A stretch of 63,121 nt of DNA, the filler included, from Octopus bimaculoides (lineage: Eukaryota), in assembly GCF_001194135.2 (NCBI RefSeq). It is 3 parts of 3 records of this genome, joined end to end, with 100 filler letters (N's around TTAATTAATTAA, not from the genome) between each part and the next. Parts side by side here need not be neighbours in the genome. Positions count along the whole stretch, not along the records: positions 1 to 30,213 come from NC_069005.1; positions 30,314 to 44,585 come from NC_068988.1; 1 more part is not named here. One strand, 5' to 3'. The notes beneath the pieces are model-generated. The model worked only from the letters and a program-made list of their open reading frames with translations. It was not told the origin of the DNA and ran no database searches. The position numbers and the translations under genes are program-made. Position 1 is the stretch's first letter. The number at the start of each line of letters is the position of its first letter. This document shows positions 24,557 through 38,179 of this stretch, piece by piece.

Positions 24557-25083
24557 TGTTTTTGCTGACATTTTTATTTAATTTTTTTAATGTTTTTCTC
24601 TTTCCTCTGTATACATATTGTTTTTCATTATTTATTTATATATCGCATTTGTTTAAAAATTTTTTTACTATTTTAATTTTTTATTTGTTTCTGCTTTCTC
24701 TTATTTTGCTTTATTTTTTTTATTTCATCTTTTGTTGATGTTGCTATTTTACACTGTCACTCCTTGAATACCAATTTCGTTAGATTCTCATACATACTCA
24801 ACTCAAAATTAAATGGATCCACTATCAATTTCGATGCTAAATATTCTTATTCACACATGTGGATGCGTGTGTATGTTTATATTAATTCTGTAAACAAAGT
24901 TACAATCCTATGTTTTAAACAAATGTATTTTTAGGCTAATTGGGAGACCAGAAACAAAGATCTTTCTTTCTACTTGTTGATGGTTATTTTCACAATAACA
25001 CTGAAAATATGTTTAATGTTGTTACCAATCTATTTTCAAAGTTAATCCCATGTACATTGCATTCATTCAGCAGCTCTCTTTCC

Positions 25084-25126
<43 letters not shown>

Positions 25127-25668
25127 CATNNNNNNNNNNNNNNNNNNNNNNNNNNNNNNNNNNNNNNNNNNNNNNNNNNNNNNNNNNNNNNNNNNNNNNN
25201 NNNNNNNNNNNNNNNNNNNNNNNNNNNNNNNNNNNNNNNNNNNNNNNNNNNNNNNNNNNNNNNNNNNNNNNNNNNNNNNNNNNNNNNNNNNNNNNNNNNN
25301 NNNNNNNNNNNNNNNNNNNNNNNNNNNNNNNNNNNNNNNNNNNNNNNNNNNNNNNNNNNNNNNNNNNNNNNNNNNNNNNNNNNNNNNNNNNNNNNNNNNN
25401 NNNNNNNNNNNNNNNNNNNNNNNNNNNNNNNNNNNNNNNNNNNNNNNNNNNNNNNNNNNNNNNNNNNNNNNNNNNNNNNNNNNNNNNNNNNNNNNNNNNN
25501 NNNNNNNNNNNNNNNNNNNNNNNNNNNNNNNNNNNNNNNNNNNNNNNNNNNNNNNNNNNNNNNNNNNNNNNNNNNNNNNNNNNNNNNNNNNNNNNNNNNN
25601 NNNNNNNNNNNNNNNNNNNNNNNNNNNGAGCGGCACTGGCAATGACCTTGCTCAACCTCGCTCGGCTG

Positions 25669-25711
<43 letters not shown>

Positions 25712-25713
<2 letters not shown>

Positions 25714-25860
25714 AGGCTTCTTTCAGTTTCCATCTACCAGATCCACCTACAAAGCTTTGGTTGGCCTTAGGCTATAGTGGAAGACACTTATCCAAGGTGT
25801 CATGCAATGGGACTGAACCTGAAACCACGTGGTGAGGAAGCAAGTTTCTTACTACAGGAT
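25712..25860 (-). mobile_element. SINE family B head
   Basis: GGCTTCTTTCAGTTTCCATCTACC...AGACACTT...GGGACTGAACC matches the reverse complement of family B. Confidence 0.75.
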
Positions 25861-27379
25861 TAGGTACACCTTTTATGCTATTAAGATGTACCTAATTATA
25901 TGCTTAACACCTTACATGATATAATACATTTTACTGTTCAACATCGTTCTCCATGTGTGTGTGTGTGTGTACGTTTTAATTCTCTGCATCAATTGATATT
26001 TTGCTTCCAGTGTTGAAAGAAGGTTTGACATGATTTAAAGACAGAAGTCAATCAATCAGTTTGTTAAATAAATAAATAACAGTTTACAAAGTGAGGTGAG
26101 TACGTCAGTTTGCTGTGCAGAAGAAAAGAGAAAGAGAGAGAGAGAGAGAGAGAGATGATGATGATGATGATGATGCTGCAGCAGCCAAGACTCTTATTCG
26201 GTGTCAGCAAACTAACTCATTCCACTTTGTAGTTAATATTTTGCTGATGGAGACCATCACTAGTTTTCTCATATTTTACTGTTTCCCTTTGATGTTAAGT
26301 TAATCATTTTCACCGAGTTTGTCACTGAGAGACGGAAATGTGAAAGGAAACAAAAAATAGCTGGACAAAAAAAAAATTAATAATAAAAATAAAAAGAATT
26401 AAACAATTAGGAAAGTTACCAAGCTTGGGCATTTCTTTTTTTTTTTTTTNNNNNNNNNNNNNNNNNNNNNNNNNNNNNNNNNNNNNNNNNNNNNNNNNNN
26501 NNNNNNNNNNNNNNNNNNNNNNNNNNNNNNNNNNNNNNNNNNNNNNNNNNNNNNNNNNNNNCTAACCATTACTAAATAGCTTTCAATAATAATAAAAAAA
26601 AATACTTAAATATTTTCTTGTTTTCTTTTTATTTATTTATTTTCATTTTGTATCGTGTTCTTTAATTTTTTGATATTTTGTGTTTAAAAAAACAAATTAA
26701 TATAATATTTTGTTAGCTCTCATAAATATTATTATGCTGTGTTTTTGTACCCCTTCAGAGCTGTTATTTACATACACAGCCCTTGGCACCTTATCGGGCA
26801 TAGGATACCCATGATTTTTCCCCTAGTATTCTTGACACCATTTTCTGCTTCTCTTCCTTTTCATTTTGGGTTTCCCTGCATTACCTCATGTTTCTCCTTG
26901 ATAAAAGGCCATCCTCTGTTCGGTCTTGTTGGTTTTTGAGTTGTCATTGATGTTTCTGCAATTTTGCATTTTTCTAGATACGGCTGTTGGCCCTATACAA
27001 TTCATTTTCACCTCATTTTATTTTCTGAGAAGGACCGGTCCACCATGGGAGGTCTTAAAAGGAGCTTGTACTCCACTGGCATAGACGTGGTGGTCATTGT
27101 GGCACATAAGTCACCACACCACTACAAATACTGGACCTTGTGGAAAAATCTTCCAAGTTGTTAGTGTATGTCAAAACACACAAGGAGGATTTCATCCTTT
27201 ATTCAGAAATTCATAGACAGAAGCCAAGCCCTAAATTTCTACTCCTATACTATATATGTATATATGTGTATACATGGACATTTTTTAACATCCAACTTCC
27301 ATGCATGTATGGGTAGGATTATATATATATATATCTTGAATACTCATTGGGGGTTGTGAGAGGACACAAAAGCATGGAA

Positions 27380-28030
27380 CCTCTGTTGAAGAATCTATAT
27401 GCAGTAGCTCTTAGGATTCTGAGCTCAACTACTGCCAAGGTCAACTTCTCTTTTCATCTTTCCAGGGTCAATGAAATGAAATACTAGTCAAGTACTGGGA
27501 ACCAGTATTATCAGTGTGTTCCCTTCTATTAAAACTGCTGGTTTTGTACCTAAATTTGAAACAATTTTGATAATTATATTATTATCATTAAAGCAGAAAG
27601 GAAGGTGGCACACTGGCACACTGGTGGGATCGTTACTGTTCCAGACAAAATTCTTACCAGCATTTCTTCTGATTTTCATTCTGTGTACAAATGCTGCTGG
27701 GGTCGACTTTGCCTTTCGTTCTCTCAGGGTTGATAAAATAAGTACCCCCACTCAAACTTGCTGGTCTTGTGCCAAAATTTGAAACCATTATTAAGAGGGT
27801 AAGCTAACAGTCCATAACTGATCTGCCCCCTCCCCTTAAAATTGCTTGCCTTGTACCAAAATTTGAAACCATCATTAAGGCAGCAAGCTAACAATCATAA
27901 CCAATTTACCCCTCCCATTAAAACTGTTAGCCTTGTGTCAAAATTTTAAACCATTATTGAGGCAGCAAGCTAACAGTCATAATCGATTTGGCACCTCCCT
28001 TAAAATTGCTAGCCTTGTCTCAAAATTTCA
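27380..28030 (+). repeat. SINE family A cluster ending in an ~82 bp tandem array of SINE tail+head junctions
   Basis: AAAATTT(G/T/C)AAAC at 27774, 27858, 27940, 28022; each internal unit is tail + ATTATT + AAGGCAGCAAGCT-like head start. Confidence 0.75.
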
Positions 28031-28687
28031 AACAATATTTCTATTTACCATATTTCCTTCTTCATATTTGCTATGCTTGCTATATTATATTTGTTATTTG
28101 CACTTCATCGTATTCATACTGTTATATATATTATGTTTACTTGTTGTTTACATTATTCTCTTAACACAACTGTCTTTACATCACCAGAGTGTATATGGCA
28201 TTAATGTATGAAGCTACTTATTACTGATTGGTCTTCATTTATTGTGAAACTCTTTCATCACATAAATGGAAGTTGATTCCGATAAACCATAACCTACTGA
28301 AGTGCAACGGTCTTGCTAGAATCAACCCATAAAGAATTGTTTATGTATAAACATGCACACAAACACACACACATGTATGCACACATATATTACTGCATAT
28401 AACTGTGTGTGTTTATGTATACACATGTACGAATATACATATATACATATACATCTGTATATGTGTATATGTGCATCTATTAGTGCACATAGATATACAT
28501 ATATGTTTAAAGGGATTCAATTCATCCTTCTCATGTATATGAATTTACGCTCATGTGTCTTCGGTAATGACAACAACAACAACAACAACCCTTTGTATGT
28601 AAATGAAAAGCAGAAATAAGCAACTTTGTGGAAGAAAATAGATATTCACACAAAAAAAGTGTGTATTATGTGTGTATACATAATGTA

Positions 28688-28734
<47 letters not shown>

Positions 28735-29549
28735 TATATGTGTGTGTGTATGTATATATATATATATATAGTGTATATGTATATATGTTTGTGTGTGTAT
28801 ATATATATATGTATGTGTGTATATATATGATGTATAAGCATAAAAAGTAATTTTCTTGGCCTCAGCTGCAATTCTGTTCTTTGCTTTTTCAATACCAGCT
28901 TGCTTGCAAATCACTTTCCCTGTATGTGTGTGTGTGTGTGTGTGTATGTGTGTGTGTGTGTGTTCTGTTGGGAAGGTGGGGTGGTCCCCATTTAGCAGGG
29001 ATATTCTGTTTTTCTGTTTTTTTATGTCCTCTTTGTCATTGAGGTTTATTGAGGTCAATCAAATATTATGTGGTTCTTTACACAATGTTAATACCGAGAA
29101 GTTGTTGTTGTTGCTCTTCTTGTTGTTGTTGTTACCGTTATTTATTGTTTATTTATTTTTTTTTTAATATTTTCTTATTTACATATTTGCTTATTTATTT
29201 ATGTTGCTTACTCAACATCTAAATGGATCTTTCATTAAATGCCTGTTCATGGTGGTTTCTTGGTTCTTATCTGACGCTACGGTTGTCTTTGAGTACTCTG
29301 TTAAAAATTATTACATACTCTCTCTTTTTTTTTTTTTGGTGTGTGTGTATGTTTTTAAGGCAACATGTGGGTGTATATACAAATCTCCCACACACATAGA
29401 CACATATACCCATTATATAATATATGTGCCCAAATACCTTATATGCATATATACATATTTATATATATATGTACACAAATATAATATACATATAATATGC
29501 ATATTTACACATAATGAGTGCTTGTGTGTGTATATATATATATACACAC

Positions 29550-29593
<44 letters not shown>

Positions 29594-29983
29594 TATATAT
29601 ATATGTTATATATAAATAATAGCTTTTTATTTCTTTTCAACGTCTTGCTAGCTTCACATAAAGCTTTTGATATTCCTTTCTCGTATGAGTTTGGCAAGAA
29701 AACTGATTTGGAATTGTATGTTAAAACAGATATTGTTGCAATTTGCTAAAGTAATATTCGTCATTTACTTTATATACACTGATCTTTATTCAACCTTTTA
29801 TTACTTCTCTTTTTTTTTTTACGTTTATTTTCCTTTTCTTTTTTTTTTTTTGCTTATACTTAATAGTATCTTAGGCTTTCATGTTCCATCTCTATCCTGG
29901 TCACAGACTCTACTTCACTCATGTGTATATTTATATATATGAATATATATGTGTGCATGTGTATCTACATGTGCATATGTATA

Positions 29984-30029
<46 letters not shown>

Positions 30030-30158
30030 TATGCAAGTATGTATATATGCACAAATATACACGTATATGCTTATATGTGTATATACATGAATATACATGT
30101 GTATGCATATGTGTATATATATATCTCAATAGACATGTATATACTGTATGTGGATATG

Positions 30159-30213
<55 letters not shown>

Positions 30214-30324
30214 NNNNNNNNNNNNNNNNNNNNNNNNNNNNNNNNNNNNNNNNNNNNTTAATTAATTAANNNNNNNNNNNNNNNNNNNNNNNNNNNNNNN
30301 NNNNNNNNNNNNNAGATATATATG

Positions 30325-30357
<33 letters not shown>

Positions 30358-30829
30358 GTATGTATGCATTCTTAATAAAACATATGAAAATACTTGTTTA
30401 CCAATTACCAACATTCAGTTGTTTTCCTACCAAATGAAAAAATGTCTGAAACACGATTCTACTTCTACAGATCAGCCCCACCCCATATCTTAACTTTCTT
30501 CACAGATTTCTTATTCTCAAGAGAAACAGAAAGATTTCTTTATTCATAGTTTTATTTTTTTCCATAGTATGACCGAGGAATCTCTAAGAAATATAATGCA
30601 TTCCACTGAGTGATAAAATAGTGTTGTCTCATTGGCACAAGAACTTAGAATATCAAAAGATCGATACCAATGCTTCACAGTAACTTATTCAATAAAATTC
30701 TGAAGGCTTCAAGCGAAAAATTAATTCTGGTGTGATTCAAGCTTGGAGGTAAATATGGATATCCCATTTAGGTCGTTTCTTGAAATAATAATACTACTAA
30801 CAACAACAACAATAATAATAATAACCTAC

Positions 30830-33073
30830 AAAAACCCGAAAATTAAAGTAAAAATATAATATGAAAACCATACTTGACATAGATGCTACCATAGAAACCA
30901 TAAAGCAAAAGGTATGCTCCCCGCAGTGCAAGGTATGAAAAGCTTGTTAGATTCTTCAAGGACAACAACATGCTCAAAAATAGCCCCCAAAAGTTTTACA
31001 GGAAGATAGAGAAAACACCAGTAAAGTTTGTCCCATCAAAAGAAGAAGTGCAGGAATTTTGGAATAAAATTTAGGCAGAAGAAAAAACACACAATGAAAT
31101 GCACCTTGGATTGATAGAATATCTACAGACTTAGACTTCTTAGAGGAGCAAAAGTGGGAAGGTGTCAAGGTAGAAGATATAAGATCTGCTTTCAGGAGGT
31201 CAAGCAAATGGAAGTCTCCAGGAAAGGATAAAATTCCTAACTTCTGGTTGAATGCCTTCCCAGAGAGCCATGAACTGCTGACAAAACTTTACAACGATGT
31301 TTTGCAGCATCCTAGTATGATGTTCTCTTGGCTAGTTAATGGTTTAACATTCTTGCTTCCAAAAAATGAAGAAACAAAAGAACCAAAAAATTATAAACCC
31401 ATAACCTGCTTAACAATAATGTATAAAACTGAATGAATATACTTATAGTTTTTTTAATAAAAAGTAGCATAATCTCTAATGAGCAAAAAGGATGCAAACA
31501 TGGATCTTATGGTTGTAAAGATCGGCTACTCAACAATAAGATAATCTTGGAAGATTGTCACCAACAACACAAAAGTTGTCGATAACCTGGATAGACTATA
31601 AAAATGCTTTTGATAGCCTATGACACTACTGGATTAAGAAATGTCTGGAAATGTATAAAATTGTGCCTACTCTGTGAAACTTTTTGTCTGTAAGTATGAG
31701 ATCATGGAGAACCACACTGACTTTGAACAGTGACAATGCTGGAGATATAACAATTTCATGCGGAATTTTCCAGGATGACTCACTACTACCACTTCTCTTT
31801 TGTTTTGCCTTAATACCTCTCTCAAAATTGCTTGATGCACAGTACGGTTATAAAATGTTTGATAAAAATATAAATCATCTCATTTACATGGATGATTTAT
31901 ACCTCTTTGCAAAAAATGATCAACGACTCAAGGACTTACTAGTGATTGTTAAACAATTCAGTGATGACATCAGGATGCAATTTGGCCTCGTTAAATGTGC
32001 AAAAGCTACCTTTATCAAAGGAAAAATGACAGAAACATCTAACGTTAACCTTGACCAGCAGAATGTCATAAAAGATTTATAATCAGCGGAGAGCTACAAA
32101 TATCTTGGAGTAATTGAAGGGGACAGAATCAGGCATTCAGTGATGAGGGAAAGGATCAGAAGAGAATGTTATCGCAGAGTGAGAGCAATACAGAGCTGAA
32201 TGCAAGAAACAGGATTGAAGCGATCAATGCTTTAGCCATACCAGTCATGACTTACAGTTTCAATATCATTAACTGGTCAATTACTGAAATATGTAATCTT
32301 GACAGAAAAATACGAAAACTGTTGACAATGCATAGAATGCACCACCCTAAGGCAGATATAGAATAACCTTATCTGCCAAGAAAAGAGGGAGGCCGTGGAC
32401 TTTTACAACTGGCATTAACAATGAAGATTGCCACAATCGGCCTGGACACCTACCTGAAAAACTCTGAGGACTGGATGTTAAAACTTGTCTCAAGACATGA
32501 AAACAAGAAAGCATCTTACTCAGTAACAAAACAGGCAAAGGAATATTTAAGTGAATTCCAAATACAACAAATTCCGAAATTAGACATACTAGAAACAAGC
32601 ACAAAAAGCTAAGCGTATGAAAACCAGTGCTAGAACTGCTGCCTTAGATATTCTGACTGATAAATGGCAAGGAAAACCTCACAATGGCAAATACCCAAAG
32701 AGAACGAATAATACTGATGTTGACAAAGCCTTTACCCATCGATGGCTAATGGCCTCTGGCTTAAAATCAGAGACAGAATGGTTTATCATAGCAGCCCAAG
32801 ATCAATGCCTACCTACAAGGAACTACCAGGCTAACATATTAAAGAACGGCAGCTTTCCAGCATGTCGTGTATGTCAACAACAAAATGAAACCATTGATCA
32901 TGTTGTCTCCATGTGCAGTCTTCTAGCACCTACAGAGTATCTCAGCAGGCATGATAGAGCTGCACAATATATTCACTGGGTAATTTGCAAAAACCTGGAT
33001 TCGCCCCATGATAAAAAAACTAGTGGGAACACAAACAACCTCCAGTGCTTGAAAATAATCACATCGCACTCCT
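30830..33073 (+). pseudogene. R4/Dong-like RLE-type non-LTR retrotransposon, decayed ORF (RT + RLE zinc knuckle)
   Basis: KWKSPGKDKIPNFW, NYKPITCL, QDDSLLPLLF, INHLIYMDD, and CRVCQQQNETIDHVVSMCSLLAPTEYLSRHD; many stops and frameshifts; 3' end lost. Confidence 0.9.
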
Positions 33074-34130
33074 CTGAAACTTCACCATTCAAACGCCACA
33101 AGTTCTTCGACCTACCTTTCTTTCTATATCCATCCAGATTCCACTGTAAAGTACTTTTCGCTACATTTGGTGTGTCTTTTCTAATTGTGCTACCAATCAG
33201 CTTCCACTTTTTCTTAAATATTTGCTCCCATTTGAAATTTGATTCGTTCTTTGCCATAACTCCATATTGCTTATGTGTTCGGGCCATCTGATTTTCAGTA
33301 TACTACGCAAGCACCTGTTGATGAATGATTGTATTTGTTTATTTGACTTAACTGTTGTTCGCCATGTCTCAGCCCCATACAATAACACCGCTTTTACGTT
33401 AGTGTTAAACATTCTTATTTTGTTCTTTATTGAAATTACACTTGCGCTTCATACTTTTTTTAACAGGTGGAAAGCAGTCCTTGCCTTACTTATTCTGATC
33501 TTAATATCTTCGTCAGTGCCACTTGAGAACGTTATCTTACTACCTAAATATGTAAACTCGGCTACATCCTCTAGTTCACCAGTTTCTAGTTTAATACGCT
33601 CACTGTTTTCTTCATTAACGGGCATAATTTGACTTTCAATCCTAGTTTGGCAGCTATTGCTTCTAATTTTGACGTTTTATTTTGCATTTGGCTATATGTT
33701 TGTGAAAGTAACGCTATATCATCTGCAAAGTCAAGATCTTCTTGAGCTTCTGCATCCGTCCATTCAATGCCTGTTTGGCTTTCAATCGTAGTTTCCTTCA
33801 TAATCCAATCTATAACTAGTAGAAATAAAAAGGGAGAAAGTATACAGCCCTGTCGAACTCCTGTTTTTACTTCGAATTTATCCGTAGCTCCGTTTCCATG
33901 CAAGACTCGGCATGACGTTCCTTGGTAAGTTGCTCTTTTTATAGATATATACTTGTCTGGTATGCTGTAGTGCTGCATAATTCTCCATAAGCCTTCCCTA
34001 TCTTCACTATCGAATGCTTTTTCAAAATCAATAAAATTAATATAAACGGTGCATTCCACTCTGTGCTTTGCTCCAAGATGATGCAAGCAGTGGCAATTTG
34101 ATCTACACATGAATGGTTCTTCCTAGATCC
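33073..34130 (-). pseudogene. RTE-clade LINE, RT domain (non-inverted part)
   Basis: RKNHSCVDQIAT, FIDFEKAFDS, TGVRQGCILSPFLF, DLDFADD, FNTNVKAVLLYGAETW. Confidence 0.92.
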
Positions 34131-34326
34131 ATTATTTTCTAAGATATGGCAGGAAGAAAATGTGCCCAATGATTGGAAAGAAGGACTCATCTTAAAATTG
34201 CCAAAAAAGGTGATTTAAGCGTTTGCGGAAATTATAGAGGGATTATGTTGTTATTGACTCCCGGAAAAGTTTTAAACAGGATACTTTTGGAGCGGATGAG
34301 GACAGCAGTCGACAAATTGTTACAAA
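34129..34326 (+). pseudogene. Inverted 5' segment of the same RTE
   Basis: KKGDLSVCGNYRGIMLLLTPGKVLNRILLERMRTAVDKLL, the block that normally precedes QAGFRK.RSC.DQI. Confidence 0.88.
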
Positions 34327-34364
34327 TAGTAATAATAATAATAATAATAATTATTATTATTATT

Positions 34365-35645
34365 ATTATAGAACAGACCAATATTTTCCTCATAAAACAA
34401 AAAGGGTACTGACAGGGCTCATATGGATGCAAGGATCAACTCCTAATCAATTACATGATCCTTGAGATCTGTCATAACAAATGGAAATCTCAATTCTGCA
34501 TGGATTGATTATAAAAAAAGCTTTTGACAGTATTCAGAGATCTTGAAATCACTGGGTATCTTCAAAATTTCTCCTGTAATTTCAATCTTCTTGAAGCACA
34601 CGCCATTGTCGAATGTGAATCTCCAGTTATATCACTCTAATGGAGTACTGACTTCAAACAATATTAATATTGACTGTGGGATTATCCAAAGTGACTCACT
34701 TTCACCTCTAATTTTTGCATAGCCCTAATACTCCTTACAAGTGAACTTAACAGAACAGGGTATGGGTATAAAATTGACAACAAGAAAATAAACCATCTAT
34801 TTTATATGGATGACTTAAAACTATATGACAAAGACAATAATGAGTTTAAAGGCCTATTACATACTGTGAAAGCATTCAGTGATGACATCAGGATGGAATT
34901 TGGTCTTGATAAATGTGCTGAGGTCACTTTCCAGAAAGGGTAATTGAAGACCTGACATGCAATGGTGTTAGATGTTGACACTATTATAGAAGAATTTGAG
35001 CAGGAACAAATTTACAAATACTGTGGAATAAATGAGGGCTCTGACATTCAGCATGCAAGCAAGAAAGAGAAGAACAGGAAGGAATGATACGGGGGAGTTT
35101 GAGCAGCCCTGAAATCTGAGTTAAATGCACATAATAAGGTGTTAACTATAAATTCCTTTACAGTTCTGGTTGTTGTTTATAGTTTCAGTGTGTTGAACTG
35201 GAATATCAGCAAAATAAGGAAAATTAACAGGAAAACCCATAAGCTGTTGATTTGCAATAAGATGCATCACCTAAAGGCAGATGCAAATTGTCTTTACCTT
35301 CCCAGAGCCCAAGAAGGTTGAGGCTTGATCCAATTTGAAACCTCTTACAAAACCACCACAACTTGAAACCTCTTACAAAACCACCACAACTTGAAACATC
35401 TAACCACTGTATGCTAAAACTCATTAAAAATCACAAGAGACATAAGATTTGCTGATTAAAATTGAAAAATGGGGCATCTCAAGATGGTTACGATATCAGT
35501 GATTGTAGAAGCACTTGGAATGATAAAAAAAAAGGAACAGAAAATTATTTGAAGATGATCCCTGGCTTACTATCCATGTAAGAAGTGCAAAAGATTGACT
35601 TAACTAGTATGTCACATGTATTGAGAAGAGCATTGTTGCTGTGAA
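34365..35645 (+). pseudogene. R4/Dong-like LINE, 5'-truncated and internally deleted
   Basis: GSYGCKDQLLI, WIDYKKAFDS, INHLFYMDDLKLY, FSDDIRMEFGLDKCA, C-terminal VLRRALL; 28 bp tandem duplication at ~35335-35395. Confidence 0.88.
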
Positions 35646-35815
35646 TTTCTTTTCCTTTTTTCCCCTTTATTTTCTTTGTTTTCTATTTTCGTTTTTCTAA
35701 TTTTTTAATTTTTCCTTCTTTCCTTTTTGTGTGTGTCTTTCTTACCCCTTTCCACCTCACCTGGAATTGCTGGTCTTGTGCAAAAGTTTGAAACCACCAT
35801 CATCATCTTCTAAAT

Positions 35816-36108
35816 CAGTGCTTCTCAGACTATTTGATGTGGTGTACCGGCAGTTTTTTTTTTCCAATGTGCCAGGGACCGTAATATTTCTTAGTTTCTT
35901 AGTAATATTAATTTATACCAGAAACAACATATATAGTGAATATAATAAAAATTGACAATTTTTTAATCTTATATTTATTTTGTAAACAAATAATACAATA
36001 TTACATAAGCATTTTATAGTGTTTCTTTTCTGGAAACTCACCGTGTACCAGTAGCTGATGGCTTGCGGATCAGCACCGGTCCACAGACCACCACATAGAG
36101 TAGCACTG
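35816..36108. mobile_element. hAT MITE
   Basis: TIRs CAGTGCTTCTC / GAGTAGCACTG; 8 bp TSD TTCTAAAT / ATCTAAAT. Confidence 0.8.
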
Positions 36109-36114
36109 ATCTAA

Positions 36115-36602
36115 ATGACAAGCTTGCAGATTGTTACTATGCTGAACAAAAGGCTTAGTGACTTTTCACCTGTCTTTGTGTTCTGAGTTCAAATTCTGTC
36201 ATGGTTGACTTTGCCTTTCATCCTTTTGGGGTCAATAAAATAAGTGTCAGTTGAGTACTAGGGTCGTTGAAATCGACTAGCCCCCTCTTCCAAAATTTCA
36301 GGTCTCGCACCTATAGTAAAAAGGATTGCTGTTGTTATTTTTATTATTATTGCTGGCGGATTGGACAAAATGTTGTTTTTAGTTACTCTTTTATCCTGTT
36401 TTCGTTTATTTGTTAAGTTATTTGACTGCAGCCATGCGGGAGCACCACCTTTAGTCGAACAAATCAATCCAGGACTTATTCTTTGTAAGCCTAGTACTTA
36501 TTCTATCAGTCTCTTTTGTCAAACTGCTAAGTTACAGGGACATAAACACACCAACATTGGTTGTCAGGCGATGGTGACAGGGACAAACACAGACACACAA
36601 AC

Positions 36603-36639
<37 letters not shown>

Positions 36640-36950
36640 TATATACGACAGGTTTCTTTCAGTTTCCATCTACCAAATCCACTCACAAGGCTTTGGTCGG
36701 CCCAAGGCTATAGTAGAAGACACTTGCCCAAGGTGCCATGCAGTGGGACTGATCTTGGAATCATGTGGTTGGTAAGCAAGCTACTTACCACACAGTCACT
36801 CCTGTGCCTCAACACAGCCACTCCTGAGTTCAAATTCTGCCGAGGTTGATAAAATTCTTCAGGGTTGATAAAATAAATAGCAGTCAAGTACTAGAATCGA
36901 AGGAATCATCTTTTTCTCTGAAATTCTCCTCCTTCTCCCCCTTATTATTA
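36115..36950. mobile_element. SINE cluster: family A (+), family B (-, 36385-36805) nested in a second family A
   Basis: Motifs as in other copies. Confidence 0.8.
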
Positions 36951-37305
36951 TCACTTACAGTTATTTAATCTGCATGTTTGTTGCAATCTCTTGCTAGGAC
37001 ACACCCAATGCCCTAAGGCAGGTAAAAGTTAAGAGATGTTGAAATATAACTGAAAGCTTACAAAGGGGAGTGGCAAGGGCAGTAGTGAAGTACCTCTCTA
37101 TACTACCACATGAACATTTAAATTGATAGGGTGTTTCTAAGGATGTGGGCAGTACTTATCGGCACAATCTTTTCAGTTTCTATGAGAAATGGTTCTCCTG
37201 GGATGTTATTTAGATATTTCTGACATCCCATTTTTCTCATGCTTAGGGGACCTGCAATAACAGGGACAGTTTTTGTTTTAAGATGCCACATCTTTTGTAT
37301 TATCA
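36950..37305 (-). mobile_element. R4/Dong-like LINE 3' fragment
   Basis: KMWHLKTKTVPVIAGPL...TAHILRNTLSI followed by a 3' UTR; (TAA)n on both sides. Confidence 0.8.
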
Positions 37306-37382
37306 TGATTATTATTATTATAATTATTATTATTATTATTATTATCATCATCATCATCATATTCATCATCATTATTATTATT

Positions 37383-37925
37383 GAGTGAGAGAGCAGTGCA
37401 GGCCATCAAAGTGACACTGGGGTAAAATATACGAAGCCCATCATACCCATCATGACTACCTGTCTGATAAGGGTACACCAGGCACATGCATCACAACCAT
37501 ATGTACGCGACATGGTGATCTTATATCAAGATAAACAGTGCATGACCGTGCGGGTGGGGCCGAGTTAGAATTTTCTTCAGGTCGAGTAGCCCATACCGCT
37601 CAAAAGGTCCTTGAATAAGGGTTGTTTAAGGATGTTGAACAAAACACCCATGTTTCCAAAGGTGAATTATTCAAACCCCAAAGAATTCCACTCAGCACAT
37701 GGCTATGATGCTCCCCTGCTACTTCTGCACGTGATCAGCGAGGCATATATCATCAGCCACTAAGGAACATGCTGAACTGGTTAAAGTCAAGCAAATTTGT
37801 GGTATTGAGCAGAATATTTGCTGTGGCCCATCTTTTATACCAAGACAAAACAATGTACATAACACTTCTGATCAGTTAAGACCAGAAGCCATGAGAGCCA
37901 CTGCCTGATACTGCATCAGGGCATT
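37383..37925. mobile_element. Family C element, copy 2
   Basis: Colinear with 3684-4239; (ATT)n on both flanks. Confidence 0.85.
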
Positions 37926-37939
37926 TATTATTATTATTG

Positions 37940-38165
37940 CAGACATTCCACAGTACCCAATATTGTGATGTTGTACATTGAGGATATTGTGTGTACCAGG
38001 GATTTTTACAGTCTGTCAAGTAACAAGGACCTCAAATGCACAATATTTTATGCAGTATGCTGATTTTTGCAATACATCAAGATTGTAGGGTATTTCTAAA
38101 GTGTCCAGATGTTTATTCAGGTTGGGCAGTATTGAACCCAGTATTGAACCAGTCTTCTTTTTAAG
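37940..38165 (-). mobile_element. Short RLE-LINE 3' fragment (different subfamily)
   Basis: LGSILPNLNKHLDTLEIPYNLDVLQKSA resembles the ALG.I...L..HL..L.I......LQKSA end of RLE LINEs. Confidence 0.6.
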
Positions 38166-38179
38166 ATTATTATTATTAT

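Noticed and set aside
24940-25770. Long ORFs spanning N gaps (also 38496-39617, 45.5-46.2 kb, 48.8-49.6 kb, 57.5-58.7 kb, 60.7-61.6 kb)
   Set aside because: Open only because N codons have no stops and the flanks are dinucleotide repeats.
26740-27260. Non-repetitive segment possibly a decayed non-LTR element
   Set aside because: No diagnostic motif could be read; left unassigned.
30258-30269. TTAATTAATTAA isolated between N runs (also 44630-44641)
   Set aside because: An identical palindromic six-frame-stop 12-mer flanked by Ns twice is most simply an artificial assembly spacer.
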